Positions 38,303 through 50,463 of a stretch of DNA of 64,000 bases are shown here, piece after piece. A program made the translations under genes and the position numbers. The notes beneath the pieces are model-generated. The model was not told the DNA's origin. It did not search any database and worked only from the letters and a program-made list of their open reading frames with translations. The DNA lies in the NCBI GenBank assembly GCA_002633005.1, contig NMRA01000645.1, positions 124,001-188,000 on the forward strand, read 5' to 3'. This DNA is from Phoronis australis. Its lineage: Eukaryota; Animalia; Phoronida. Positions within the stretch are counted from its first letter, which is position 1. Every line of letters starts with the position of its first letter.

Positions 38303-40831
38303 ATGAGGTGGCAGCATAAGGCACAGCTGTGCCAGTTTCAAATCCACAGTTTTACTGTTGGCTTATGCCAACAGACTCTGTGAGTCGCTGAAGGTTATGA
38401 TATTCTTGTTGGTGATGGAAATGGAATCCTGTCATGGTAAAGAATATTGTCAGACGGACTTTATGAGAGTGTAAGGCCTAATTCAATTTTTGTTTTTAAC
38501 CAGCTTAATAGTGAGAAATGTAGCTTAAGAGTTGGTTTTTGCATCCTGGTGTTTGTGGTCACAAGTTCTTCTTCATCTTAACTCTGTCTTTGGGTGCCAT
38601 TAAGAACAATATGTCCATATGGCTATGTTAAGAATGTCCTGATGCTAGTTAGTTTGTTTTGTAACATGATATCAGAACCAATCACTGTTGTATTGTTACC
38701 TCTAAATATGACTTCACCGTTTTTTGTGGGTCAGGACTTAAGATTTTGTGCTCGTGTCCCATGGCATGGGCAGGAAATACTGGCTAGTTTAGGACATGGG
38801 AAATATAAAAGTGTATTTCATCCGTGGCTCATCTAGAAATTAGTGTGAAGGCGCCTTTTAGTTTAATTTTAGTTTATTTTTTATTTTACGACATCCCTGG
38901 AAACGGCGTGACAGTCTCTTGCGACAAAGTCTCCCCTATTGCCTGCCTCTAGACTTAATATGGTATACTTGCCTTGTTCTAACAGGCAGTGAACTCTTTC
39001 ACGAAGCATCATTTGAAATAAATTAGAAAAATTTAGAAAAATTGGTGTCTCACCATTTATGCACTGGTAAGGAGAATAAACGTGTTTTGTTTTCACCTGG
39101 CGGTTTAGAAGGAGTAGAACCGGTTAAGGATGACCTCATTAGATGCCTTGAATGCTTAGTTTTAAAGGTGCCCAATTAAGGCCTTACTTCCTGTATGAAA
39201 TTGAACTGTTTACAGTCGTTAGGTCTCTGACCTTTATAGCACTGCTAAAATGAAAATGATTGACAGAACAATTAACAGTTTTAATCTGTCAGTTTAAATA
39301 AACTGTGAGATGTTTTGATATTACCAACTATGTATTACCTGGCAGCCTATCGTCGCATGTCGTTACATGCACTGAGGCCCCCATGCGCCACACCTGACAT
39401 AGTCGGGAACACAAACCCTCAAACACAATATCAATTCATGTGTACATGGATGTCAACACTGTTTGGGTCCTTGTATTGGATGGTTGGTCCAAGTCCTCTG
39501 ACTGACCTCCAATACCTATGGGCACCTCTTCTCATTCAGTGCTGATTTGAGGAGCTCCACCCCTTGGGATATGATGGCTATCCATGTTAGAAATCCTCTG
39601 ATGTACCTGTCTGTGCCCATGCCCTCAGTCTATGACCTGAGAGTGAGATGTGACAATCCTTAATGGCATTGGGGACCTTGTGTCCTCTTCACAATGTGGA
39701 ATATGTGTAAAGTGGCAAGGGCACCCATGTTCTTAAACAAGCTTGTGGTACTTAAACAGAGAACTGACTTTAGGCACTGTATTCAGATTTGATGGTTAAT
39801 AGTGTTAGAGGACTATGTCTTCATGTATGATGGTTTGTTGATTTCTATTGGGTACCCGCACTTCAGTAACTGTGTTCTTGTGGTCGCATCTTTTGCAACA
39901 AGTTTCATGCAGTTTCACTCTAGGTTTATTGTGTACATTCATTTGTCCAACTGGAATTTACAAGATTTTGATTTTGGAGCACAAAATGATATTGATTTTT
40001 TGCTGAAGTACTGACTGAACTATGCAGAAAATAATGAGCTGTAAACTGAACTTACTTGAAGTAAAATGGCTACCTTTCGCCAGTGCCTGTTAGGGTGACA
40101 TTTATGCTGTTTTTACCTATTGTCAGGAATCTAGTCACAGCTCTGACCTTGATAATGTTCTGATCCTTGACAAGGTTTGAACAGGGAGTCAAGGAGTGTA
40201 TCTATGAAAGAACTGAAAACCCATCTTTAACCAAAGAGGAGGCATAAAGTCCTAGTAGCACACATTTTTAACCCTTATTGAGTGGTTAGAAGAAGTTATA
40301 CAGAACCACGCAGTACCTATCCCATAACCAATACACACTTCCTAGTCGAAGAAAGTTTGAATAAACATGCCAATGATGATGTGGAACTGAAGAACACATC
40401 ACCATTTTGAACTAACCACGAAATCAGAAGTATGATACATTCAGGAACCCAGCTTAATATGCTGGCTGTGCGGCTGTTGCGAGCGTGCAAACAGGGATAA
40501 ATAATTGACAGCGGACCTTAACTTTGATAAACTAAAATAGGGACAGTTTGTATTGAAGTTGTTGACAAAATGTGGCAAATGAATTTTGGCAGAAATTATT
40601 TCGCCGTTCTCGGACCTGCAACCGATGACCTGGTGCTGGCCGAGACCAGCACTGGTGGAAAGCAAAGGCATGCGGTCGCTGCCTTTTTTATTGGAATAAA
40701 CGGTACAATCAAGTGCTGTATACATACATAGATGGTTTTAAACACTTGCATATAATTATGGACTAGTCAGTCCTGTGCCAACACTTGAATAACAAGGCTA
40801 GACTATGGGTGTTTTACTGGGTGTACTGGTA

Positions 40832-41113
40832 AGGGCTCTATTTCATGAAAGTGATAGAAGACGTAAAGCAGAAATTTGATCACATGCTCCACACAATTAT
40901 TTCAGAAAAAAACATCAAATCTCACATGAGCTAAAGTGCAAAGTCTCTGATAATATACAAGTAACTGCTAGTTACTAGTACAATTACTAAGAAGTATTTG
41001 TAGTCTGTGATGCAGTCGTAATTACTTGGCTAAACCTTTTATAAGCATTTGTGAAGTGTGTACGTTAGATCAATTTTCTGTCTGAAGTCAAAGTCACTTT
41101 CATGAAACAGGCC
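40832..41113. mobile_element. MITE family B (GGCCTGTTTCATGAAAAGTGA termini), Tourist-like
   Basis: GGGCTCTATTTCATGAAAGTGA ... TCACTTTTCATGAAACAGGCC; related copies at ~52540, 52799-53027 and a collapsed one at ~60727-60774. Confidence 0.65.
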
Positions 41114-41307
41114 AAAGTTGTACACCTCTGCCGTCTTAATGACCGTTTCGCGTCAGAATCGTTCCACTTTTCATCTTTTTAATAATGCCGATACTGTTGT
41201 GTGGTTTTGAAAAGCTGCATGATATAGTCTAAAACACTTTCCAGTTGTCCAGCTCCTTACAGGAGTGTGTTAACAGTCTTTCATCATTTGTGCTATGCGG
41301 TCCTTAA

Positions 41308-41704
41308 GTCCCATCTACACACAGCCTACTCTAGGACAACTTGCTTTAGTGCAACTTACCTCACTTTTAAGTCGAGCGTACACACACACGTTTAACTAGG
41401 GTAAGGCGGAGGTTGTGCATGACAATGAACACCTAATGCGAATGTGGAGCACAAAAGAAAACCCGTTTGTATATAATCGCATCTGATAATTACTTCTGCC
41501 CTACCCCACTTTTGCAGCCACACAGCAATTACAAGTGGCGTAAATTGCCTTAGAACAAGTTACCCCACCTCTATAATGTGGAATAAATTGTCACTAGTGG
41601 GGTAAGTTGCGCTAGTTTAAATAGCATCCAGACAACACTCAAGCCTAGCGACGACTTGTTCCAGGAGTAAGCTGTTCTGGGATAAGCCTGTGTGTGATGG
41701 AACT
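41308..41704. mobile_element. MITE family A copy 2
   Basis: GTCCCATCTACACACAG ... CTGTGTGTGATGGAAC termini with TAA/TTA flanks; reverse-complement similarity to 13995-14450. Confidence 0.7.
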
Positions 41705-43905
41705 TTACGTTCACAAAGGAGGAACATTTAATTTGGGATGTGGCAATTGGATGTGGTCATATAGATATTGGGTGTCCTGCTGTGCCTCTGGGTTAACCGT
41801 TATATTGCTCAAATATGTGTTGCTTAGACGGCAACTAAATGATCCAATTCAAGGCTATTATGCCGGGTCTCAGTCAACTGAAGATTAATTGTGTCCGATT
41901 TGTATTAGATTATGTCTGGATATTAGATGGATGATACTACGATCAATTCCTGGGAGTATCATTTTTTATTCCTTGCGGTCTTGGTTCTTCAAATTGTCTG
42001 TGGGGAAGCAGTAACTCAAAGTCAATTTGCTGAGAGAAAAGTTCTATCTAGTGCATCGGTTATTAATAAACTAGTCCTGCTTGGTGCGGGAGAGTATTGG
42101 AAGATCAGTCAACACAACATTATGGTAACAGTACATGTGGTAAAAATTCTGCGGCTTCTGTCAAAACCTATCTTTTGATTTTAGGTCACTCGTTGTTATC
42201 AAATCGTTCCTTGCATATTTTAGAAATGAATTCAAGTTCTGAGAACAACTGACGAGTCGTTATTTTTTTAGACCACGCCCAATAAGTTTTCTTGTGATGG
42301 TTGGTTAGTTTCAGTCGCCAAGGCAGCGTAAACGTGAGTGGGGAAGTCCAGGTGATTTCTTGTAACCATTGTCAATTCAAACAACGTATAAGAACACGAT
42401 GACGTTGCAGTGGAAGAGTGAATATGCTTGTGAAGATAGTAGGTGTTTTTAACTCCGGCATTGATTTAGGGCAACCTATCTGGTTGTGGTAAATGTAAGA
42501 ACTTCAAGACTTTTGCTGAAGTTGATGACCTGAGTTTTTTTTTTCAAAATGCGATATTCACCTTTAATTTTCATTGCTAACTTGAATGTTTCTTTAAATG
42601 TATAATTTGTCTCAAATATGCAGCTTAATTGGGAGGATTTTCATTAATTTTAATTACATAATGAGTCTAGCATTGCGCACCAATCTCTGGTACTCATACT
42701 GTGCTGTTGGCTCAATATCAAAATGAAATGCACAATCACTAATTTACCTTGAAAACTGAAAGTGTGCCATTTATTTCCATGCTTTATTTTCCAATTAATA
42801 TGGTGTGAAACAAACCTTGTGCAAAGCCATAACTCTCGTTTAGGTTGCGGTCAGTCTGCCTCATTCTGAAGTTCCGTCTACATGTAGTATTTCCTATACA
42901 AAAATAGAGTAATTAAAAAATATACATTTAATGAAGTTGTAAATTTTCGTTTTATTTTCATATTGCTGTAAACTGGTATGAGCATAGTAATCATACACTT
43001 ATTATTTTTGTAACAACCTAAAGTGCAGGAAATGGAAATCATTTGAAACAGCTTATCAATCAGTTCGCTACAAAAATGTCAGAAGAGGACCGAAAATTTA
43101 GTCATATTATATCTCCAAATATTGATACCCGACCTCTGGCAAATCTAATTATCGGCCATTTCAGGTCTTTCAAAGTTGGAAGCTTTTAGCAGTTTTGAAC
43201 ATTAATTTTTCTTTAGAGCAGTGGTCGATTGTAATAAAATTTGGTCATTTGTTTTATTATAGTCTATGACCGAGGGAATCGTATCCTAATTTTTTCCGTC
43301 AACGGTGGTTTCGGCCTTCAAATATGAAGACTTGATGGCTCATATCACATATTTGAGGGAAATCAAAAATCTTGAGACAGTGTTTCCAGAGTGTTGACAT
43401 TAAGTAGCCTAAGCACGAAGTCGCCTGCAGTTTCAAGTATCAGAAACTGAAAAAGGTCAGGGTTTGTCATGAAGAATATAGACTTGAACATATCCTGTGG
43501 AAAATGATTATCAATCAAGTTGTTGGCAGACTCGGTCTTCAGTAACGCATTTGGTGGATTCTTCTTTCGATTATCAAGAAGTCAAAAATATCAGAACTTT
43601 GGTGTCAAATTCTGAGATACGTACATCTGTTCAAAACCTCTTAATTCATCAAAATGCATTTAAGGCAGATTGCATAATTTCTGTTTGTTTTCGTTGCCGA
43701 CAATAAACATCATCAAAGACTTCAACATGCAAGTAGGCTTTTTCTGCTACCAAATGTTTTTGAAATTTATTTTCACTATGCAATGGAGAACAGAAATGTC
43801 GTCATTATAAACATAATGGCGTTAGCAGCCTTGATGATTGTTTGTTCTAGGTCATAAGTTATTATTTAGGTTCCTCTCATTTTTGCTTCAATCTCGTTAT
43901 TTCAG

Positions 43906-43986
43906 TCGTAATCTGGAAATTCTTCTTGACGACAACGAGACGACGCGAAAGAACAAAGTGAGGCACTACTATAGCGATGTCGTAAC
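43906..43986 (+). CDS. IQCJ-SCHIP1: 81-nt exon (RNLEILLDDNETTRKNKVRHYYSDVVT), IQCJ exon-3-like
   Basis: Long pyrimidine tract with TTTCAG|, AC|GTAAGT donor, phase 2-2, open in frame with both neighbours; leads into the second IQ motif. Confidence 0.85.
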
Positions 43987-44455
43987 GTAAGTATGGATAT
44001 CTGTGATCAAAGACACTCGCATTAAATTGCACAAAGTGGTATCTCTTTGCACCAGCCACATCTTGCATCAACTAATCCCTTATGATTTAGTTCATCCAAG
44101 AATTGCACAAACGCTCGCTGGAAGATCCCTGTTTCTGAGCAGTCTGTGATGATTAGAAATGCAGCCGAATGCGTCTTTGAGAGATTTCTTCTCAGATAGA
44201 TTCGGTGGATAAATTACTAATGGAAACTTGATAAATATGGATTTATATATTTGCCTGCAATTTACATGCCTTAAAGCAATGCTTTTAGTGTCAGGGAAAT
44301 AAGCCACTGACGTCTGATCTCTCTTTAGCTGCCAGATTCTGTCAAGAATACGTTGGTACAAGCTGTGAGTCCTGAGATGGAGAAGGCGAAATTGTTTTCA
44401 CGAACATATATTTGTTGACCATTAATGATGTTTTCATTGTTCTTTGATTCTCCAG

Positions 44456-45401
44456 AATTCAGCGAGCGTGGAGAGCCTACAAACGACGTCAGTCACAGCA
44501 TGACTTGGACATGCTTCAACGATTAGACTCGGGTATTGACGAGAAAATGTCTAGCTCAACGACTGCAGATAGTTTATTGAGTTCACGGGAGGCCTGGGGT
44601 GAAGACATGCCCCTATTGGCGACATCTGTTGAATTCAGTGAAGGTTATGATGAAGACAAAGACACTGACGACACAGTCGGACACAGTAACAGTAAAATGC
44701 CAAATGTCCCGCTGTTGGCATTGGTCAATAAAAAGGCACCAGACTCAGAGTGCGAATCTGATTACTCTGAGGTGTCTGAACCAGTGAGAGATAATTTGAT
44801 TCATGATCACATCCATAACAAACAGGTCGTGGACGTAGATAGTTCACCGCGTCACCTGTCACCAAGTGCAGACGAAACCGAAGAAGAGTTTGCAAAGCGT
44901 GTTCGCAAAATGAACTTCCTCAGCTTGGCGCAAGAATTTGCCGAGTTGAAGAAAGTGACCCCTGATGCCCTGCCCTTTGACCTTCATAAGGGCAAGGACG
45001 CAAGTCCAAGTAGTGAAAGCAGTGGTTCAGCATCGTCAAGACAGTCGGCATCAGTCACACCATGTGACATGGATAAACCAATCACTGGAGTCAATACCAC
45101 TGACAGTAGACCAAACACAGTGAAGCAAGCATGGGCAAAAGAAGCCAGTGCTAACAAATCTGCTTGTGGTGATTTAATAGATTTTGATTCAGATTGCTCA
45201 CATGGTGTGAAAAAAACCACAAGACTAGGCACGGAACTTAGCAGTGCCGCTCAAGACATGGCTTCTAAATTTGAAAGTGCCAAACTAGAGAGCTTGGATC
45301 AGTTTGACGTGTACAATGTGGAAACTGCGCTACCCAAGATGGATTGGAAAGCACTGGAAGTACAGCTGTTGCGTGCTGCGGAGGAAGAGGAGAATAGGAA
45401 G
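44456..45401 (+). CDS. IQCJ-SCHIP1: 946-nt exon: IQCJ-type IQ motif plus acidic/Ser-rich SCHIP1 N-terminal region
   Basis: TTCTCCAG| acceptor (phase 2), AAG|GTAAGA donor (phase 0); corresponds to ORF 44505-45452. Recalled human matches: IQRAWRAYKRRQ ~ IQCJ IQRAWREYLQRQ; EKMSSS ~ EKLSSS; SASSRQSASVTPC ~ SCHIP1 SRASSQSNSTKVTPC; PKMDWKALEVQL ~ SCHIP1 PPMDWEALEKHL. Confidence 0.88.
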
Positions 45402-48400
45402 GTAAGAGTTGTCCCTATTATTTTGTCTTGCCCGGTGAAGATAGGGTGCTAAATTATCTAGGGTCATTCTGTAACCTAGCAAGATACCAGCAAGTGAAAG
45501 TTTATGATATCGTGGGTTTTGTTAATAATGCATGTCGATGTATTGCTAAGACTTGCGTAGTCCTGCCAAATTTGCAACTGACCTTATGGAACGTTACTTC
45601 GTAACTCTGGAACTTCAAGAGATGCTGTGAGACGTCTAAGTGGTTTGAATGGAAACAGTAAATTTTTTCTCCCATAATTCAGTATTCCAGCCTTGTCACC
45701 ATTCTCTTCAGTGGCAAATATTTTGCTAGAGTCCGCATTAAACATGCCCCAGGTACTCGTGGACACTTGCCTTTCACTCACATGATGTTGAGAAGATGTG
45801 CGTGATCTTGTAAAGATCTGCGTGATGTTGCGAAGACCTGCATGATCTTGCAAAACTTGCTGTTGGAGTTGGAAACTGTCGGTGACATTTGCCTCCTTTT
45901 CCAAGTAGGTTGCCTCATTTAGGTACGGAAGATGAAAACCTTTGTTTGGAACAATGTAACCTGTAGTTGTGCTCAGTGAGTCTAGGAGGTGCCAATGCTT
46001 TTGCCAGAATGAGCACTTTTCCTGACAGAAATCCAAAAGTTAAGCACGTATAGCACAGAGGATTACTTGTTCAGTTACCAGTAAAAGAAATGGAAATTCA
46101 CTTGGGCTTTTAAGCTCATTATCAGTCTGAATTTTAGCTAAAAGTACCCCAGATACGAAGTCAGTTGTTTAGGCACTTGATTTGTTGCAAAATGTGGAAA
46201 CCACACAGGTAAGATTGTGAATGTGTGGCCACTAGATAACGGTGTAACTGATTTATCCTTGAGCCACCATTCTTCCCGAGCTTCTGAGTACATTTGTACC
46301 AGAAGTTGGGGGTGATGCAGAGTAGCTGACAACTGGGGAAACTCAGAACAAAAAGTGTTTCCTGATATAGTCAAAAGGTGTCATTAGCTGTTGTATCGTG
46401 ATGAATTCCCCATTCAATACTGGATCACATATACCTTTGAAAATCACCATGTATCTTATGTCAATCTGACAATTGACATTAATGTTTACATTTTTCATTA
46501 GGAAATGTTTAAGCATGCATTCGTGTAGTTTTGACGAGTCGGTAAACCAGAATCCATGATGATCTTAGACGAATGGCCATGGAGCTCTTTGCATATATGG
46601 TATCAGTGACTGAAATCTAAAATTTATTTTTTCATTCGCTCAACCCATTTTCTGATGCCCTCGTTATAATTACCATGGTCTAACATAACAACTGTTGTGT
46701 TGAGATATTTGTCCTGTATTTTGAAAGTTTGTACGCGTTCACATATTTCAATTAGAAATTGAAAATGGAAAAAGGTAGACCTGACTTTCGAGCAATTCTC
46801 AAACTCAGAAATGCAAATTGCTTGTTGTATGGAATGAAGCAATATCTCTGAGATTTTCAATCAGCGTCGTATTTTGGATAGGGCTTAGAACATTTTCAGA
46901 ACTGCGATAATTATCTGCAAAAAACTTACATGACAATTACAGTGCAGGGCAGACAACTTTTCTTGGAAACTATGCTTATGCAATAAATAGTAGAATGCCA
47001 CTGCTCATCGGGTTTTCATTTGTCGAAAGAAAGGTCACTGACTTAATTTCGAAAAATTATTACCTTTCGTAGTTCAAACAGATGAATATGGAGTCATTTA
47101 GAAAGAAAATACATTTATGTTTAATGTTTCTGCGTTGTATACTGTTCATGAAAATATTCTTAGTCCACCGTGACGACTCTGTCAATTGAACTAGACAAAA
47201 TATGAGGTCAATTTTAAGTAGGAATTTGAGAAATCAGACAAACAATTTGTGCCTTACGTGATAGTTGAGTTAAGCACAGTCATATTGTGTTAAGCTGTGG
47301 CATTACAAGGTTTAATGGAGAATGAACTGTAATCATGCATTTGTAACCCAAACAAGCTGACCTACCTTCCGCATTTAGAAAATACAGTGTGATGTGGCCA
47401 CGCCATGTTGTCAATCGTATCCAAAACCGCGATGTTAAAGCAAGAATCGGTTTTGCATTCTTGGTAGCAAAGAGCACATAGCTTTATGGTAAAATAGAAC
47501 TGTTGACATGATCGGGATAATTGTCCGTGCACGTTCATTATAAAATACCATGAGGTTTTAGCTCTGAGAGTTAAGTCGTCAATGATGAAGGGCGACGTAT
47601 GAAGCTGCTAGTTTTAGGGTTCCCCGTCCATTTCGGTCAATGCAATGGAACTCGATATTCACGTAGAACTCATATCTGAAGATAATGAAAATTAAAAGCA
47701 TGAAAATTTTGAAACATCCAGTTGAGAAAACAGATCAAATTTGAGTCTAATACTGGAATAAAAATTTACAAAAATTAGCGACATTGTGTCAGTAAGTTCA
47801 AGTGGGTTAAAGCATTCAGAATAGAATGTATTTGTAACTTCTTTTCTTGCTTTTCATCTTACACAAGCATTTATGAAAGCAAAATTTCAACTGGGAACAG
47901 GACGAAAATTGAAAAACGGTGCCACCAGTGGTTATTTTAGGAGCTATTTTTGTGATCTGGATTCCCTGGTTTCAACCTGAATATTCAAATTTGACATGGG
48001 ATGTTAAGGTCAACGTATTAATCGAACTAATCTTTTTTTCTCAAACTATCCATCGTTCACTGACCTTGTAATTAAGGGACTGCAGTGTACTTTGAAAATG
48101 CATATTTATCCAATCAGCAGAGAAAACAACCAAGCATAAAACTTGACAAGCTTAGTCTGAGTATATGAAGGCATTGTCATTCATTTCTAAAGGTGCTTTC
48201 CCATTAGGGCAACTTTACTCTACTGAGGCTTCGCCAAAACTTTGCTTACCTTTCCCACTAAACACTGACATCAGAGTTATCGTTATGACAAAAAAATAGC
48301 GCTGTTCATTCGTACCAATATCTGTACATTCATATTTATTTAGGTGCGTCTATTGAGAGCATATCGGTGATGCCACAATAACAAAGAATATAATGTTTTG

Positions 48401-48635
48401 CGGGGTATCTCACGGATGTTATTAGATTTACTTGGCAACCAACCAAGCCACTCTGATGGTTTGGTTTTATCATTCCACCAACATTTGGGGCAGCTGCTGG
48501 TTGTTGGATGGCAACCAATCAACTCCATTTGATCGCCTCTTCACTTGGCCACCAGGTGGGGCAGTGTAAAGCAGTCAGAGAGAATGACAGTGAGTTACTT
48601 GGTTGCCATCTAACAACCAATAGCTCCTCTATCTG

Positions 48636-49167
48636 ACGCGTGTTCAACAGAGTGAGCGCCCGCTAGCGTGTACTCGCGAATATAAAGAACAGCTCCTGAA
48701 CAGCTGTGAGCGCTCACTGTGTCACAGTGATCCAGTATGGCGACTCTGAAGCAGATTGTGTTGAACGTCTTAGCCAATGAGCTTAACATCCTTCCTATGG
48801 CGTACTGAGCGAGGACTATTATGAATCTATGCCAATATTAATATCAGCAGCCCAAGACAACAACCGTGAAGGCCTTGGAATGACAAGAATTGAAAATTAC
48901 TTCGAGGAAACTGTTCCTCGCTGCAGCGACTCGCAATTTAAGTCGCACTTTCGGATGAGTCGGTCAACTTTTGAGGTTAGTTTTCGTGTTGCAGAACCAT
49001 AATGGGCTCATATGTTGCAGATGTGATCGCAGGACGCCATCTTGGAAATCTAAGCGAACATGCTCTCTAGGTCATTTGCGAACGCTCGCGAGCGCTAACG
49101 TAAACACAGCTGTTCAGAACGAGGGCGCTCAAATCGCTCGCGGGCGCTCACTCTATTGAACACGCTT
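48636..49167 (+). mobile_element. Internally deleted PIF/Harbinger transposon (532 bp)
   Basis: TIR A(C/A)GCGTGTTCAA(C/T)AGAGTGAGCGCCCGC; 3-bp TSD CTG (48633-48635, 49168-49170); subterminal GAGCGC repeats; contains a transposase remnant. Confidence 0.85.
48737..48975 (+). pseudogene. Frameshifted first exon of a Harbinger (HARBI1-like) transposase
   Basis: MATLKQIVLNVLANELNILP, then a frameshift to ...TRIENYFEETVPRCSDSQFKSHFRMSRSTFE|GTTAGT. The F-x-x-H-FRMSR-x-TFE motif is characteristic of Harbinger transposase N-termini. Confidence 0.8.
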
Positions 49168-50115
49168 CTGGTGTCAAATCTAAAACAACCCAATACATAC
49201 TCCATCTGGTGGCCGTTTGTTAAATGAAGCATGAGTGAGGTGTACACCTAACCAGTTGGTTGACATCCATGTAAGATTATGTCATGTATGAATCTTTGAA
49301 AACTTTGACGGCTTGTTTTTAATTGGATGTTTGTTTTACGAAATATAAACTTATTCTGAAAATGATAATGCTGACCATGGGACATCAAGGTCAAGGTGTT
49401 TAAACTCCGTTAATGAATGACGTCCCTTATTCTTCTCACTTCAGCACTGTAATATTGTCGAAACTTGAAATAAAAAATGCTTGGTGTGATAAACCAATTA
49501 TTTGCTAATGGATTTAATTTCTTTATTTGCACACCTATGAAGTGTAACAACCATTGATACAAGAAGTAATTATTTAGACCTTTGTGCTATACTGATATTG
49601 ACATAGGTAACAATTTTTCTAATGTCAGTCATGCTGGTGAATGTACAGATATACTGTATGCTTTTTCAACTGCATGTGTACAATTCTTTGTAAGGCTTCT
49701 AACCAGCTGTACGTTAGTGGGTACAGTACACTCAGATATTAATTACTTAATAATGCTTTCTGGTAATTTGTAGGCTAAACCTCATTTGGTGTAACTAATT
49801 GTGTTAATACACAATAAAAAACAGATGTAAAACTGAGGGCAGGTATCATATGCAGGATTTTGTCATTGCCTCTTTTGAGAATTTTCAGTTAAGCGCCCAC
49901 TCCTCAGGCTAACACCCACCAGAGTGAATTCATTTTCAAAACAGAATGGTGTGCTTTCAATGCGGAAACCAGACCAATTTCAAGTCACACTTGTAGTTTG
50001 CTGTCATGTCAGGGTCATTGTATTCTGTTAGCATCTTTTATTGTGCCTTAAAAATGGCTGCGTAGTTGAAAGAGACACAAGGGACTATACTCATCCTCCA
50101 ACTTTCATTGTACGG

Positions 50116-50463
50116 CAGGCCTTTATGCAGCGTAAGTCCTGGGCGTCCAAATGGACTCCCTAGCACTAATATGGACGCCCTTGTAAGGTCGCCCAATGTA
50201 TTATTTGGACACCCACTATCAATAGGAACCTTTCAAGTTTGGACACACACATTGTAATGAATACTAGGAAGCCTCTGAAGGGTCACAGTGGGGGCTGTTT
50301 TTTCAAAGCAGGAAGACATATACAATGTATATGCAAAATATATACAATGTTGCNGGGGGGATTGCTGGGGGTGGGGGGGTTATGCGTCGGAATCATGGAT
50401 GCCTTGGAATATTGGGAACCCCATTTTGGACACCCTATTTTTGAAATCCTGGATAAAGGCCTG
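50116..50463. mobile_element. hAT MITE (contains an N at 50354)
   Basis: TIR CAGGCCTTTAT(G/C)CAG; 8-bp TSD TTGTACGG/TTGTATGG. One end (AGGATTTCAAAAATAGGGTGTCCAAA) resembles the left end of the 19469 element. Confidence 0.8.
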
